Part shown: in pieces, positions 25,894 through 33,054 of the stretch
Layout of the letters: every line of letters starts with the position of its first letter
Position numbering within the stretch: the stretch's first letter is position 1
From: an uncultured Pirellulales bacterium
GTDB lineage: Bacteria; Planctomycetota; Phycisphaerae; Sedimentisphaerales; Anaerobacaceae
Reading direction: 5' to 3'
Length of the DNA stretch: 33,054 nt
Assembly: GCA_964471015.1 (NCBI GenBank)
Contig: CAYYFT010000001.1
Coordinates: 1 to 33,054, forward strand
The notes under the pieces: generated by a model
Told to the model about the DNA's origin: nothing
Seen by the model: the letters and a program-made list of their open reading frames with translations, nothing else
Databases searched by the model: none
Program-made: the position numbers and the translations under genes

Positions 25894-26628
25894 TCAGCCT
25901 TTCAAACGTCCTAAGGGGAAGACCCTTATCATTTCATTTTCCATCCACTCGACTGCCTGGGCCGGCGTCATTCGCCAGGCAGTCGGGCAGGGTGAAAGCA
26001 GCTCAACCAACGAAAGACCTTTGGTGCTATTTACCTGTAATTCAAAGGCATGTTTGACAGCTCTTTTGGCGTCGCGAATCAGTGCTGGCCTGTGCAGCGC
26101 ACATCGCTCAATGTAGACCGCTCCGGGCAGTATTGCCAACAGCTCGGATACCTGTAGCGGATAGCCCTGCTGCTCGGCGTTTCGACCCAGCGGCGTCGTG
26201 GTCGTTACCTGACCGGCAAGTGTGGTCGGGGCCATTTGTCCGCCGGTCATCCCGAAAACGGCGTTATTGATAAAAATCACGGTTATCTGCTCGCCCCGGT
26301 GTGCGGCGTGAATGATTTCGGCAGTTCCGATGGCAGCTAGGTCACCGTCACCCTGATATGAAAAAATTATTTTGTCGGGGTTTGTTCTTTTCATACCCGT
26401 CGCCACCGCCGGTGCCCTTCCGTGCGCTACTTCAACCATATCGACGTCGAGATAATCATACGCCAGCACTGCGCAGCCTACGGGCGCGATGCCGAGGGTT
26501 TGGCCGCGTATGCCTAATTCATCGATTGCTTCGGCCACCAGTCGGTGCGCTATTCCGTGCCCGCATCCGGGACAATAATGCGTCGGGCAATCTTTTAGAG
26601 TAGGTGTTCGCGTAAATACTGTTTTCAT
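25894..26628 (-). CDS. korB: 2-oxoacid:ferredoxin oxidoreductase, beta (TPP-binding) subunit
   Basis: HYCPGCGHGIAHR (Fe-S/TPP region), GDGDLAAIG (TPP-Mg GDG motif), NNAVFGMTGGQ. Confidence 0.9.
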   Translation of the reverse strand: MKTVFTRTPTLKDCPTHYCPGCGHGIAHRLVAEAIDELGIRGQTLGIAPVGCAVLAYDYLDVDMVEVAHGRAPAVATGMKRTNPDKIIFSYQGDGDLAAIGTAEIIHAAHRGEQITVIFINNAVFGMTGGQMAPTTLAGQVTTTTPLGRNAEQQGYPLQVSELLAILPGAVYIERCALHRPALIRDAKRAVKHAFELQVNSTKGLSLVELLSPCPTAWRMTPAQAVEWMENEMIRVFPLGRLKG

Positions 26629-26632
26629 ACCA

Positions 26633-27769
26633 TCAGCCTTTTTGTTTTACAGGTATGGTCAGGTTCTTAATCTTTTCAAAAATCTGCTCGACGGTCGGAA
26701 CACCACCGCCGGGCCGACCGTAAAATAGTACCGGCACTTTGCCGGCCACAGCTAATTTTACATCTTCTACCATTTGGCCGCAGCTCATCTCCACAACAAG
26801 AAAAATCCGCAGCTCATCGGCTGCTCTGCTGATTTGCTCCGTCGGGAAAGGCCACAGGGTAATCGGGCGAATCCAGCCGGCTTTGATTCCATCCTGCCTT
26901 GCCTTTTCCACGGCACTTCGCACGATTCTGGCGGCAACGCCATATGCAACCACTACAATTTCTGCGTCGTCAACCTCGTATTGTTCGCAGAGGACCTCAT
27001 TTTTTTTTACCTCTTTGTATTTGGCCTGCAGGTCATAGTTGTGCTGCTCAACCACCCCTTCCTTTAACCACAGGGAGCGGACAATATTTTGCTCTCTGCC
27101 GTCGGCACCGGTCAGTGCCCAGTTTTTAGCGGGGAGTTTGCGGCGCGGTTTTTTGTCAAATACTATCGGCTCCATCATCTGGCCGAGGATACCATCGGCC
27201 AGTATGACAACGGTCATTCGATACTGGTCAGCCAGGTCGAACGCCAGCGGCATACAATCAACCAGCTCCTGCACGCTGGATGGCCCCAGGACGATGGTTC
27301 TGTAATCGCCGTGTCCGCCGCCCCGTGTTGCCTGGAAGTAGTCGCCCTGTGATGGGGCGATGTTGCCCAGGCCGGGCCCGCCCCGCATTACATTGACTAC
27401 CACAGCCGGCAGCTCAGCCCCAGCCAGATAACTAATCCCCTCCTGCATCAGACTGATGCCGGGACTGGATGAGGTTGTCATCGCCCTTTTGCCTGTGGCC
27501 GAGGCCCCGAATACCATATTGATAGCCGCAAGCTCACTTTCACTCTGTAGAAAAACCCGATTCTCCTCCGGCATCCTTCTTGACATATAAGCGGTGATTT
27601 CGTTTTGCGGCGTGATTGGATAGCCAAAGTATGCATCGAGGCCGGCAATGATAGCTGCTTCTGCAAGGGCCTCATTGCCACACATTAGAATCCTTTTGCT
27701 CGCCCTGTTGGTAGTTTGCCCTTTTTTTGTCATATTTTTGCTTGTTATAGGATTTATAACGGGACTCAC
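26633..27769 (-). CDS. korA: 2-oxoacid:ferredoxin oxidoreductase, alpha subunit
   Basis: GNEALAEAAIIAGLDAYFGYPITPQNEI..., SESELAAINMVFGASATGKRAMTTSSSPGISLM. Its 4-nt start overlaps the delta subunit stop. Confidence 0.9.
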   Translation of the reverse strand: MSPVINPITSKNMTKKGQTTNRASKRILMCGNEALAEAAIIAGLDAYFGYPITPQNEITAYMSRRMPEENRVFLQSESELAAINMVFGASATGKRAMTTSSSPGISLMQEGISYLAGAELPAVVVNVMRGGPGLGNIAPSQGDYFQATRGGGHGDYRTIVLGPSSVQELVDCMPLAFDLADQYRMTVVILADGILGQMMEPIVFDKKPRRKLPAKNWALTGADGREQNIVRSLWLKEGVVEQHNYDLQAKYKEVKKNEVLCEQYEVDDAEIVVVAYGVAARIVRSAVEKARQDGIKAGWIRPITLWPFPTEQISRAADELRIFLVVEMSCGQMVEDVKLAVAGKVPVLFYGRPGGGVPTVEQIFEKIKNLTIPVKQKG

Positions 27770-28032
27770 GCTTTTTCCTTAATTAAGGTCGGCTTATCTT
27801 TTTTGGTTGGTTCTGCAACTATAGTCTTGTCACGATATACTGTGATTGCGGCATCGGGACAGATAATGGCACAGGCGGCACAGCCTGTACAGTTGGTGTT
27901 GGTTGCTTGTGCAGGACAATAGCCGAATTTATTCGACTGCTTGGAAATAATGATGCAATTCTTCGGGCACGCCTGTACGCATAAGCCGCAGCCCTTGCAT
28001 CGCTCGGTATCAATAATTATTTTGCCAGTCAT
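27766..28032 (-). CDS. korD: 2-oxoacid:ferredoxin oxidoreductase, delta subunit (2x[4Fe-4S] ferredoxin-like)
   Basis: Two CxxCxxCxxxCP clusters: CKGCGLCVQACP and CTGCAACAIICP. The gene order delta-alpha-beta-gamma matches Helicobacter OorDABC-type 2-oxoglutarate:acceptor oxidoreductases. Confidence 0.85.
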   Translation of the reverse strand: MTGKIIIDTERCKGCGLCVQACPKNCIIISKQSNKFGYCPAQATNTNCTGCAACAIICPDAAITVYRDKTIVAEPTKKDKPTLIKEKA

Positions 28033-28164
28033 TTTTAATTTTTACGCAGTGGTTAGCTTCCGAGTTCGATTCACCCGCCGATTTTAGCAGTCGCTGATGG
28101 GTTTGTAAAGACAAAAGGCAATTAGCGGTAATATATCACTGTAAACGTTAAAAACGTTAATTTT

Positions 28165-28740
28165 CTAAGTAGGTGGTTTTTTGAGTTCTTCGATTTTCGG
28201 CAGGTCTTTTAGCGAATTTAGGCCGAAGACTTCAAGGAACTTTTTCGTCGTTCCGTATAGCAGGGGTCTGCCTACGATTTCGGCTCGGCCTATAATTTTA
28301 ACCAGTCTTTTGTACATAAGGTTTCTGATTATCTCGCCGACGGCGACTCCTCTGATGACTTCGATGTCGGCGCGGATAATCGGCTGTTTGTATGCGATTA
28401 TTGCGAGGGTTTCCAGAGCTGCGGGACTTAGTTTGCCGGCGTCTCGGACACGGAGTAATTTTTTCAGCCAATGGTTGTAAGGGCTGAGAGTCATCATTTG
28501 GTAGCCGCCAGCGATTTGCTCTATTCTGAATGCATTATTGTTGGCCTGATACTTGTCATTAAGGTTTTTGATGTGCCGGCGGATTTGCGGAGCGCTCGTC
28601 CCGACAATATCAGCTAATCGAGCTTCCCTTAGTGGCTCGTCGCTGGCAAAGAGAATCGCTTCTGTAACCGACTCAACGGTCGGCTCACTGCTCGTCGCTC
28701 GTTGCTCGTCGCTCGTCACTCGTTCGTATTCTTCTGTCAT
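28165..28740 (-). CDS. scpB: Segregation and condensation protein B (SMC-ScpAB complex)
   Basis: EAILFASDEPL, winged-helix repeats (LSPAALETLAIIAYKQPIIRADIEVIRGV; GRPLLYGTTKKFLEVFGLNSLKDLP). ATG 28740 overlaps the nif3 TGA (ATGA). The track ORF start 28752 lies 12 nt further upstream. Confidence 0.85.
   Translation of the reverse strand: MTEEYERVTSDEQRATSSEPTVESVTEAILFASDEPLREARLADIVGTSAPQIRRHIKNLNDKYQANNNAFRIEQIAGGYQMMTLSPYNHWLKKLLRVRDAGKLSPAALETLAIIAYKQPIIRADIEVIRGVAVGEIIRNLMYKRLVKIIGRAEIVGRPLLYGTTKKFLEVFGLNSLKDLPKIEELKKPPT
28683..28731 (-). repeat. Heptanucleotide tandem array at the 5' end of scpB (minus strand: aatacga acgagtg acgagcg acgagca acgagcg acgagca gtgagcc register; plus-strand units gctcgtc)
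   Basis: Plus-strand reading: gctcact gctcgtc gctcgtt gctcgtc gctcgtc actcgtt cgtattc. That is seven consecutive 7-nt units, with the core five at 28690-28724. Encodes ERVTSDEQ/RATSSEP with a 7-aa period. Confidence 0.65.
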
Positions 28741-29867
28741 AGGACCTTCCATTTAAATGGGTCTGCATCTTTTTTGCTTATTTTAATCGTAATTTCTTTT
28801 GCTTGTTTTTGCAGTTGTTTGGCGAGTTTTTTCAGTATGAATCTTTCTGAGACGGTATGGCTGAGGCAGAGGCAGGTCAGATTTGCCTGTTGTGCGGCTA
28901 CAGCGTAGTGGTGTTTTAATTCGCCGGTAAGGTAGAGGTCAGCTTTTGCGGCGATGACCGAGTTGATGATTTTGCCGCACGAGCCGGCGCAGACCGCTGC
29001 GGTTTTTATTAGTCGTTTTTGGTTTCCGACGATTCCGACAGCTTTTGCTCCGGTGTGTTTTTTTATTCTTTCGAGGATTTTATTTAGCTGCATTGGCTTT
29101 TGCAATTTGCCGATTCTGCCTAAGCCGAACTTGTTTTGATTGTTATGGAGTTTGAGCACATCAAAGGCTGGCTCTTCATAAGGATGTGCCTTTTTCATAG
29201 CGGCTATACAGCCGCCGAGTTTTTCGGCGGGCACAATCGTCTCGAATCTTATCTCAGAGACTGTTTCTATTCTCCCTTTTTTCCCGATGGCGGGTTTGGC
29301 ATCGGCAAGAGGCCGAAAAGTGCCTGTTCCTTCAGCGGCGAAACCGCAGTTGCTGTAGTTTCCCATCGCGCCGGCACCGGCGGCAAAAACCGCATTTGAG
29401 ACTTTAGCTGCTGATTCGATGGGAATAAAGACAACGAGTTTGTAATGTACGCCGGCTGGATTGTCCACGTAGTCGCCGATTGGCTGGCCATCGACAATGC
29501 CGATAATCTCTGCAAGGCCGTCGTTTACACCGCCTATGGCTGAGTCCAGAGCAGTATGTATCGAGAAGACCGCAATCTGCGAGTGAATTAACTCATAGAC
29601 AGCACTGCTTTGGCCGTTGGTAGTGATTTTCTTTAGGCCGTCCCAGATAACAGGATGATAACTTATAATCAAATCAGCCCTTAATCTTTTTGCCTCGGCT
29701 AAAACATCTTTTGTGATGTCGATGGTTACCAGAATATTTTTTACATTGCGCTGCGGGTCACCGATAAGCAGTCCCACATTGTCCCAACTTTGTGCCAATT
29801 TAAGCGGGGCTATCTTTTCGATTTTTTCTGCGATGTCTTTTATTTTCATTCGTCTTTCGTGCCCCAT
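28737..29867 (-). CDS. Nif3-like dinuclear metal centre protein (YbgI/YqfO family, long form with inserted domain)
   Basis: MKIKDIAEKIEKIAPLKLAQSWDNVGLLIGD is the typical NIF3 N-terminus. Also ISYHPVIWDGLKK, LYLTGELKHH and CLSHTVSERF. About 370 aa implies the PII-like insert. The more likely start is ATG 29849 (MKIKD...); the ORF opens at 29867. Confidence 0.85.
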   Translation of the reverse strand: MGHERRMKIKDIAEKIEKIAPLKLAQSWDNVGLLIGDPQRNVKNILVTIDITKDVLAEAKRLRADLIISYHPVIWDGLKKITTNGQSSAVYELIHSQIAVFSIHTALDSAIGGVNDGLAEIIGIVDGQPIGDYVDNPAGVHYKLVVFIPIESAAKVSNAVFAAGAGAMGNYSNCGFAAEGTGTFRPLADAKPAIGKKGRIETVSEIRFETIVPAEKLGGCIAAMKKAHPYEEPAFDVLKLHNNQNKFGLGRIGKLQKPMQLNKILERIKKHTGAKAVGIVGNQKRLIKTAAVCAGSCGKIINSVIAAKADLYLTGELKHHYAVAAQQANLTCLCLSHTVSERFILKKLAKQLQKQAKEITIKISKKDADPFKWKVL

Positions 29868-29902
29868 GCTTTAATACGTCCCGCTATTTTTGTTGTAAGC
29901 TC

Positions 29903-31771
29903 TTATCTCTTTATTTGATAAGCCCTCAGTCCGTTGGGTGTTCCTATGATGAGTATATCTTTGTAGACAGCTTTATAGAAAACGTGCCCACCATACCACA
30001 TAGCTATCGGGAATTCTTCTTGCTGAGTCATTATCTCGCCAGTTAGGGCATCTATCAAAGCCAATTGGTTTCCTTTTCCGATTAGCAAAACCTCATTAAT
30101 CATTTCGGTCCACCCTTCGTCTCCCATAAAAAATGGGGGAGCTACACCTTTTTCATAATCTACTTTCGCCCACTTTTTCCAAAGAATTTTCCCATTCGTA
30201 GCGTCAATCCCATACCAAAGGGTGTAAGGAGTACCTCTTTGTTCTATACTGCCATAAACCAGTAGAACCTTCTTAGTAGCTCCAACGAACCATGGAGAGG
30301 TTATAAGTTTTTCGGTTTCCCATTTTACATCACCAGTGTTCATATCTATGGAGATTATACAAGGACCCTCTGCGTTTATAAAAAATGTACTATCTGCTTC
30401 GCATTGCCCTAAAATATCGGGCATCGTCGACCAATCTTTTGTAGATAGGACTTGGCCGTTAGAAAGGTCAAGTACCGATGAGGTATACGTTTCATACGTT
30501 TCCCTCACATACCTTGCTTTCGCCGACTTCCTAAGCTTGATATGTTTCTCTATAGATAAATACTTGAAGTTGCTGGACGAGACAATACCTTTAGCATGGG
30601 CAACATAACTATCCTCCCTATCTTTCGGCGGCTCCCAGAGGGGTTCTGGTTTCCCAGTAACCTCACTTAATAAGCCAATTTCAGTTTTATATTGAGGTAT
30701 ATCCCGATATCCTCGCTCTGGGTAATCTGGATCCACAGGAACTCTCTTTTGGCCCGCAAGGAATGTTCTTCTATATAATATACCATTTTCTATTAAAAGC
30801 ATACTACCAAACTTCTCATCAAGCTCTGTAGAAGTCTTTTCCCAAAGCGGATTCCAATTGGCTCTGTCGATGGCCAACAAAGATTTAGGCTCGAATTGAC
30901 CCAGCACAACTAAATAAATAACTTTTTGAGAAATCCCGCACAGCTCATACCCAGGTTGTATCTCCTTGCTTTTCAAAATTTTCCCTGAATTTATATCGAT
31001 AGCGTGTAATTTGGGGCCCTCAGGTCCAACAACATCAACATAAAGTATTCCGTCCTTACTAATCTTAGGTCCGTGTAATAAGAATGGACCCGCGCTAACA
31101 CCAGAATAAATAACAAAATAGTATGGAACCTCGGAGAAAATTCTTGGTTTTCCAATATCTTCACGAGTCCATTTAAGCGCAACGCTGGCGCTCTCCACCG
31201 GCCGTTGGGGTTCCTCCTTGACATACGGTTTATTATCCTTAAGGAATTTTAGGGGGTCTGTGAAGTGCCTTGTGGGCCCATACCCCATTTTCGAAGGTGG
31301 AGGGTCAGATTCGCTGTTCCATATTCCAAGGTGCAGGTGCGAAATATCTTCTTTGGTCGTTTTATCTCGATATTCTATGACTGTGCCGATTATTTGGCCA
31401 CTTTTGATCTCTGCTCCCTTTTGGACATCTGAACTAGGTTTTATATGTCCGTACAGAGCATAAAAGTATTTTCCATTGACAAGGCGATGTCTTATCCAAA
31501 TCGCTGGACCTGGTTTACCTTCGCTTCCAAACCCAGATATATCAAAACCAACATACCAAACGGTTCCATCGGCAATAGCTCTTACTTTGGTGCCAGCGGG
31601 GGCATTGTAATCGTGTCCTAGATGGTTCTTATTTGGGCCCCCAAGCCAACTACGATAACCTCCAGCATCGGGACAGGGTTGAATAAAATTATTCTCTTCG
31701 CCATAGGCCAAGCGGCAAAACAAATTAACCGTTCCCATCAAACCAATAATAAACCACACTTTTCTTCTCAT
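29903..31771 (-). CDS. Secreted M23 (LytM-type) metallopeptidase fused to a PQQ/BamB-like beta-propeller
   Basis: Signal peptide MRRKVWFIIGLMGTVNLFCRLAYG. M23 zinc motifs HLGHDY (HxxxD) and SHLHLG (HxH), with GTKVRAIADGTVWYV between them. The C-terminal ~430 aa carry repeated D-x-x-x-G-x-x-x-W blades (IDINSGKILKS, IDMNTGDVKWE, IDATNGKILWK, IDALTGEIMTQ). The ATG overlaps the pabC TGA (ATGA at 31768-31771). AT-rich: three hand-counted lines give about 41% GC. Confidence 0.75.
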   Translation of the reverse strand: MRRKVWFIIGLMGTVNLFCRLAYGEENNFIQPCPDAGGYRSWLGGPNKNHLGHDYNAPAGTKVRAIADGTVWYVGFDISGFGSEGKPGPAIWIRHRLVNGKYFYALYGHIKPSSDVQKGAEIKSGQIIGTVIEYRDKTTKEDISHLHLGIWNSESDPPPSKMGYGPTRHFTDPLKFLKDNKPYVKEEPQRPVESASVALKWTREDIGKPRIFSEVPYYFVIYSGVSAGPFLLHGPKISKDGILYVDVVGPEGPKLHAIDINSGKILKSKEIQPGYELCGISQKVIYLVVLGQFEPKSLLAIDRANWNPLWEKTSTELDEKFGSMLLIENGILYRRTFLAGQKRVPVDPDYPERGYRDIPQYKTEIGLLSEVTGKPEPLWEPPKDREDSYVAHAKGIVSSSNFKYLSIEKHIKLRKSAKARYVRETYETYTSSVLDLSNGQVLSTKDWSTMPDILGQCEADSTFFINAEGPCIISIDMNTGDVKWETEKLITSPWFVGATKKVLLVYGSIEQRGTPYTLWYGIDATNGKILWKKWAKVDYEKGVAPPFFMGDEGWTEMINEVLLIGKGNQLALIDALTGEIMTQQEEFPIAMWYGGHVFYKAVYKDILIIGTPNGLRAYQIKR

Positions 31772-32661
31772 TTCTGCCTCCCTTCGGTCTTCTTTGCCTT
31801 ACAATTCTCTTTAATGCATTTGTCGAGTTTTTTTTGCAGTTTTTTAGTCAACGGCCCGGGCTTTCCATTAGCCACCGTGTGCTTCTCTACTCTACTTATC
31901 GGCATAATCTGCATAATTACATTCGTCAGGAAAACCTCGTCGGCGTCAAGGACATCAGATATGTAGAGGTTTTTTTCGACAAATTCGATGGAGTTTTTTA
32001 AGGTAATTTGGCAGACAGTCTTTCTCGCTACTCCTGCAAGGACCGGTGTTTCAATCGGCGGGGTGTAGAGGGCCGAATCCTTGACCAGAAATACATTGCT
32101 TATGCAGCCCTCCGCCAGGCGGTTATCTACAGTGAACCACAATGCCTCGGCAGCTCTTTTTTGGTGTGCTGATTTAAGTGCGAGCATACGCGAGAAATAG
32201 CTTGTCGTTTTGTGTCCGTAGATTGGCTCAGCGGGGTTTTGTCTGAAGGGGCTCAAGACTACGAGGACGCCGTTTTTATAGTATTCGGGCGGGTAAGGCT
32301 GTAATTTTGTGGCGGCGATAAGTAGTGTGGACCTGCGTTTCTCCTCGGATTCGGACATTGGCCCGCCGGTCAGGGTCAGACGCAGACGTGCGTCGGTTAA
32401 TTTGTTTGCCTTGAGGACTTTGTAAATTGCGTCGGTGATATATTTTTTGCTGTATGTATTTTTTATCGACAAAGCACCTGCACTAAAAAATAGTCTGTCC
32501 AGATGGTCTTTAAGAGAAAAAACCACGCCGTTATAACTTCGCATCGTCTCGAAAAGACCTGCCCCGTACAGAAACCCGCTGTCGGTAACAGATATGCCGG
32601 CCTTATCGACATCGACCAACTTATCATTTAGAAAAACTTTTTCTGCCATCTCATATCTCAA
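31768..32661 (-). CDS. pabC: Aminodeoxychorismate lyase (fold type IV PLP enzyme)
   Basis: Class IV aminotransferase fold (DSGFLYGAGLFETMRSY; RLRLTLTGG; GVARK...). It is translationally coupled (ATGA) to the upstream chorismate-binding enzyme gene, which is the classic pabB-pabC arrangement. The assignment relies on this context. Confidence 0.7.
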   Translation of the reverse strand: MRYEMAEKVFLNDKLVDVDKAGISVTDSGFLYGAGLFETMRSYNGVVFSLKDHLDRLFFSAGALSIKNTYSKKYITDAIYKVLKANKLTDARLRLTLTGGPMSESEEKRRSTLLIAATKLQPYPPEYYKNGVLVVLSPFRQNPAEPIYGHKTTSYFSRMLALKSAHQKRAAEALWFTVDNRLAEGCISNVFLVKDSALYTPPIETPVLAGVARKTVCQITLKNSIEFVEKNLYISDVLDADEVFLTNVIMQIMPISRVEKHTVANGKPGPLTKKLQKKLDKCIKENCKAKKTEGRQK

Positions 32662-33054
32662 ATGAACGGTGCTTTACGATTTACACTATTGATTCCTGCC
32701 AGCAGTGCTCTTGCCTTTGTAATAGTTTCGTCCCATTCGGCTTGCGGGTCGGAGTCTGCGACTATTCCGCCGCCTGTTTGCGCGAAGGCCACATTGTCCT
32801 TGATGATAATTGTTCGTATGGTGATATTCAAGCAGATGCTTCCATCGATGCCTAAAAGGCCGATGCCGCCGGTGTAAACGCCTCTGGCTGTAGGTTCGGT
32901 TTCGTCAATAATTTCCATCGAGCGGATTTTTGGGGCGCCGGTGATAGAGCCGCCGGGGAACATAGCTTTTAAAACATCGCAGAACGTAATTTCCTTTCGG
33001 AGCTGTCCGGCTACGGTTGCTACTGCATGAAAGACTGTCGGATAGCTTTCAATT
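32658..33054 (-). CDS. pabB: Aminodeoxychorismate synthase component I (chorismate-binding enzyme), N-terminal part outside the window
   Basis: The frame is open to the window end. My translation of 33053-32964 gives IESYPTVFHAVATVAGQLRKEITFCDVLKA, continuing into MFPGGSITGAPKIRSMEIIDETEPTARGVYTGGIG...AFAQTGGGIVADSDP. These are the conserved C-terminal motifs of the TrpE/PabB family. PabB rather than TrpE is inferred from the coupled pabC. Confidence 0.75.
   Translation of the reverse strand, partial: IESYPTVFHAVATVAGQLRKEITFCDVLKAMFPGGSITGAPKIRSMEIIDETEPTARGVYTGGIGLLGIDGSICLNITIRTIIIKDNVAFAQTGGGIVADSDPQAEWDETITKARALLAGINSVNRKAPFI

Noticed and set aside
28143-28159. Direct duplication of AAACGTTA (two AACGTT palindromes 9 bp apart) between the scpB stop and the kor operon promoter region
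   Set aside because: It is too short to distinguish from chance. I could pair it with no clear -35/-10 and found no second copy elsewhere in the window.
1-33054. Search for mobile elements, defence systems, prophage genes, toxin-antitoxin pairs, retrons or DGR reverse transcriptases, biosynthetic clusters, tRNA/rRNA/tmRNA
   Set aside because: No ORF carries transposase, integrase, reverse transcriptase, nuclease-helicase or Cas-like motifs that I can recognise. Intergenic spaces are short (the largest are about 250 and 227 nt) and contain no tRNA-like cloverleaf or long structured RNA that I could detect by eye. Apart from the Ton-like modules and the M23 fusion, the window appears to be core genome.

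Overview
This is a 33-kb chromosomal segment from a diderm bacterium, shown by LptD, a LolCDE-like ABC system, ExbB/ExbD, a beta-barrel OMP and an L,D-transpeptidase. Hand counts of single 60-nt lines put housekeeping genes at roughly 47-58% GC. Gene content, including a 4-subunit 2-oxoacid:ferredoxin oxidoreductase, PilT and a very long LptD, resembles anaerobic PVC-group (Planctomycetota/Phycisphaerae-like) genomes, but that is only a guess. I call 30 tightly packed protein genes in two co-directional blocks that converge at about 21.09 kb. The + block (1074-21078) is lptD, fba, S41 protease, lysS, LolCDE-like, ilvE, polyprenyl synthase, [one lone minus-strand OMP], rarA, MTHFS, L,D-transpeptidase, VWA-exbB-exbD. 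The - block (33054-21110) is pabB-pabC-M23/propeller-nif3-scpB, korDABG, exbD2-helical repeat protein, clpX. pilT (minus, truncated) sits at the left edge. I saw no rRNA, tRNA, CRISPR, transposase, integrase, phage gene or recognisable defence gene, so most of the window is ordinary core genome. Six things deserve a second look. (1) A VWA/MIDAS protein has a TonB/TolA-type S-x3-H-x6-L anchor and sits in the tonB slot of an exbB-exbD operon. (2) An orphan exbD paralogue is coupled to an AT-rich 766-aa secreted helical protein. (3) An AT-rich M23-peptidase/beta-propeller fusion is translationally coupled to pabC. (4) Imperfect heptanucleotide tandem arrays (GATACGA / GACGAGC) lie across the translation start regions of several genes. 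(5) The S41 lipoprotein carries in-frame 39-nt and 9-nt tandem repeats. (6) A GC-rich hairpin sits in frame inside the polyprenyl synthase gene. All functional calls come from motif recognition by eye; no database search was possible.
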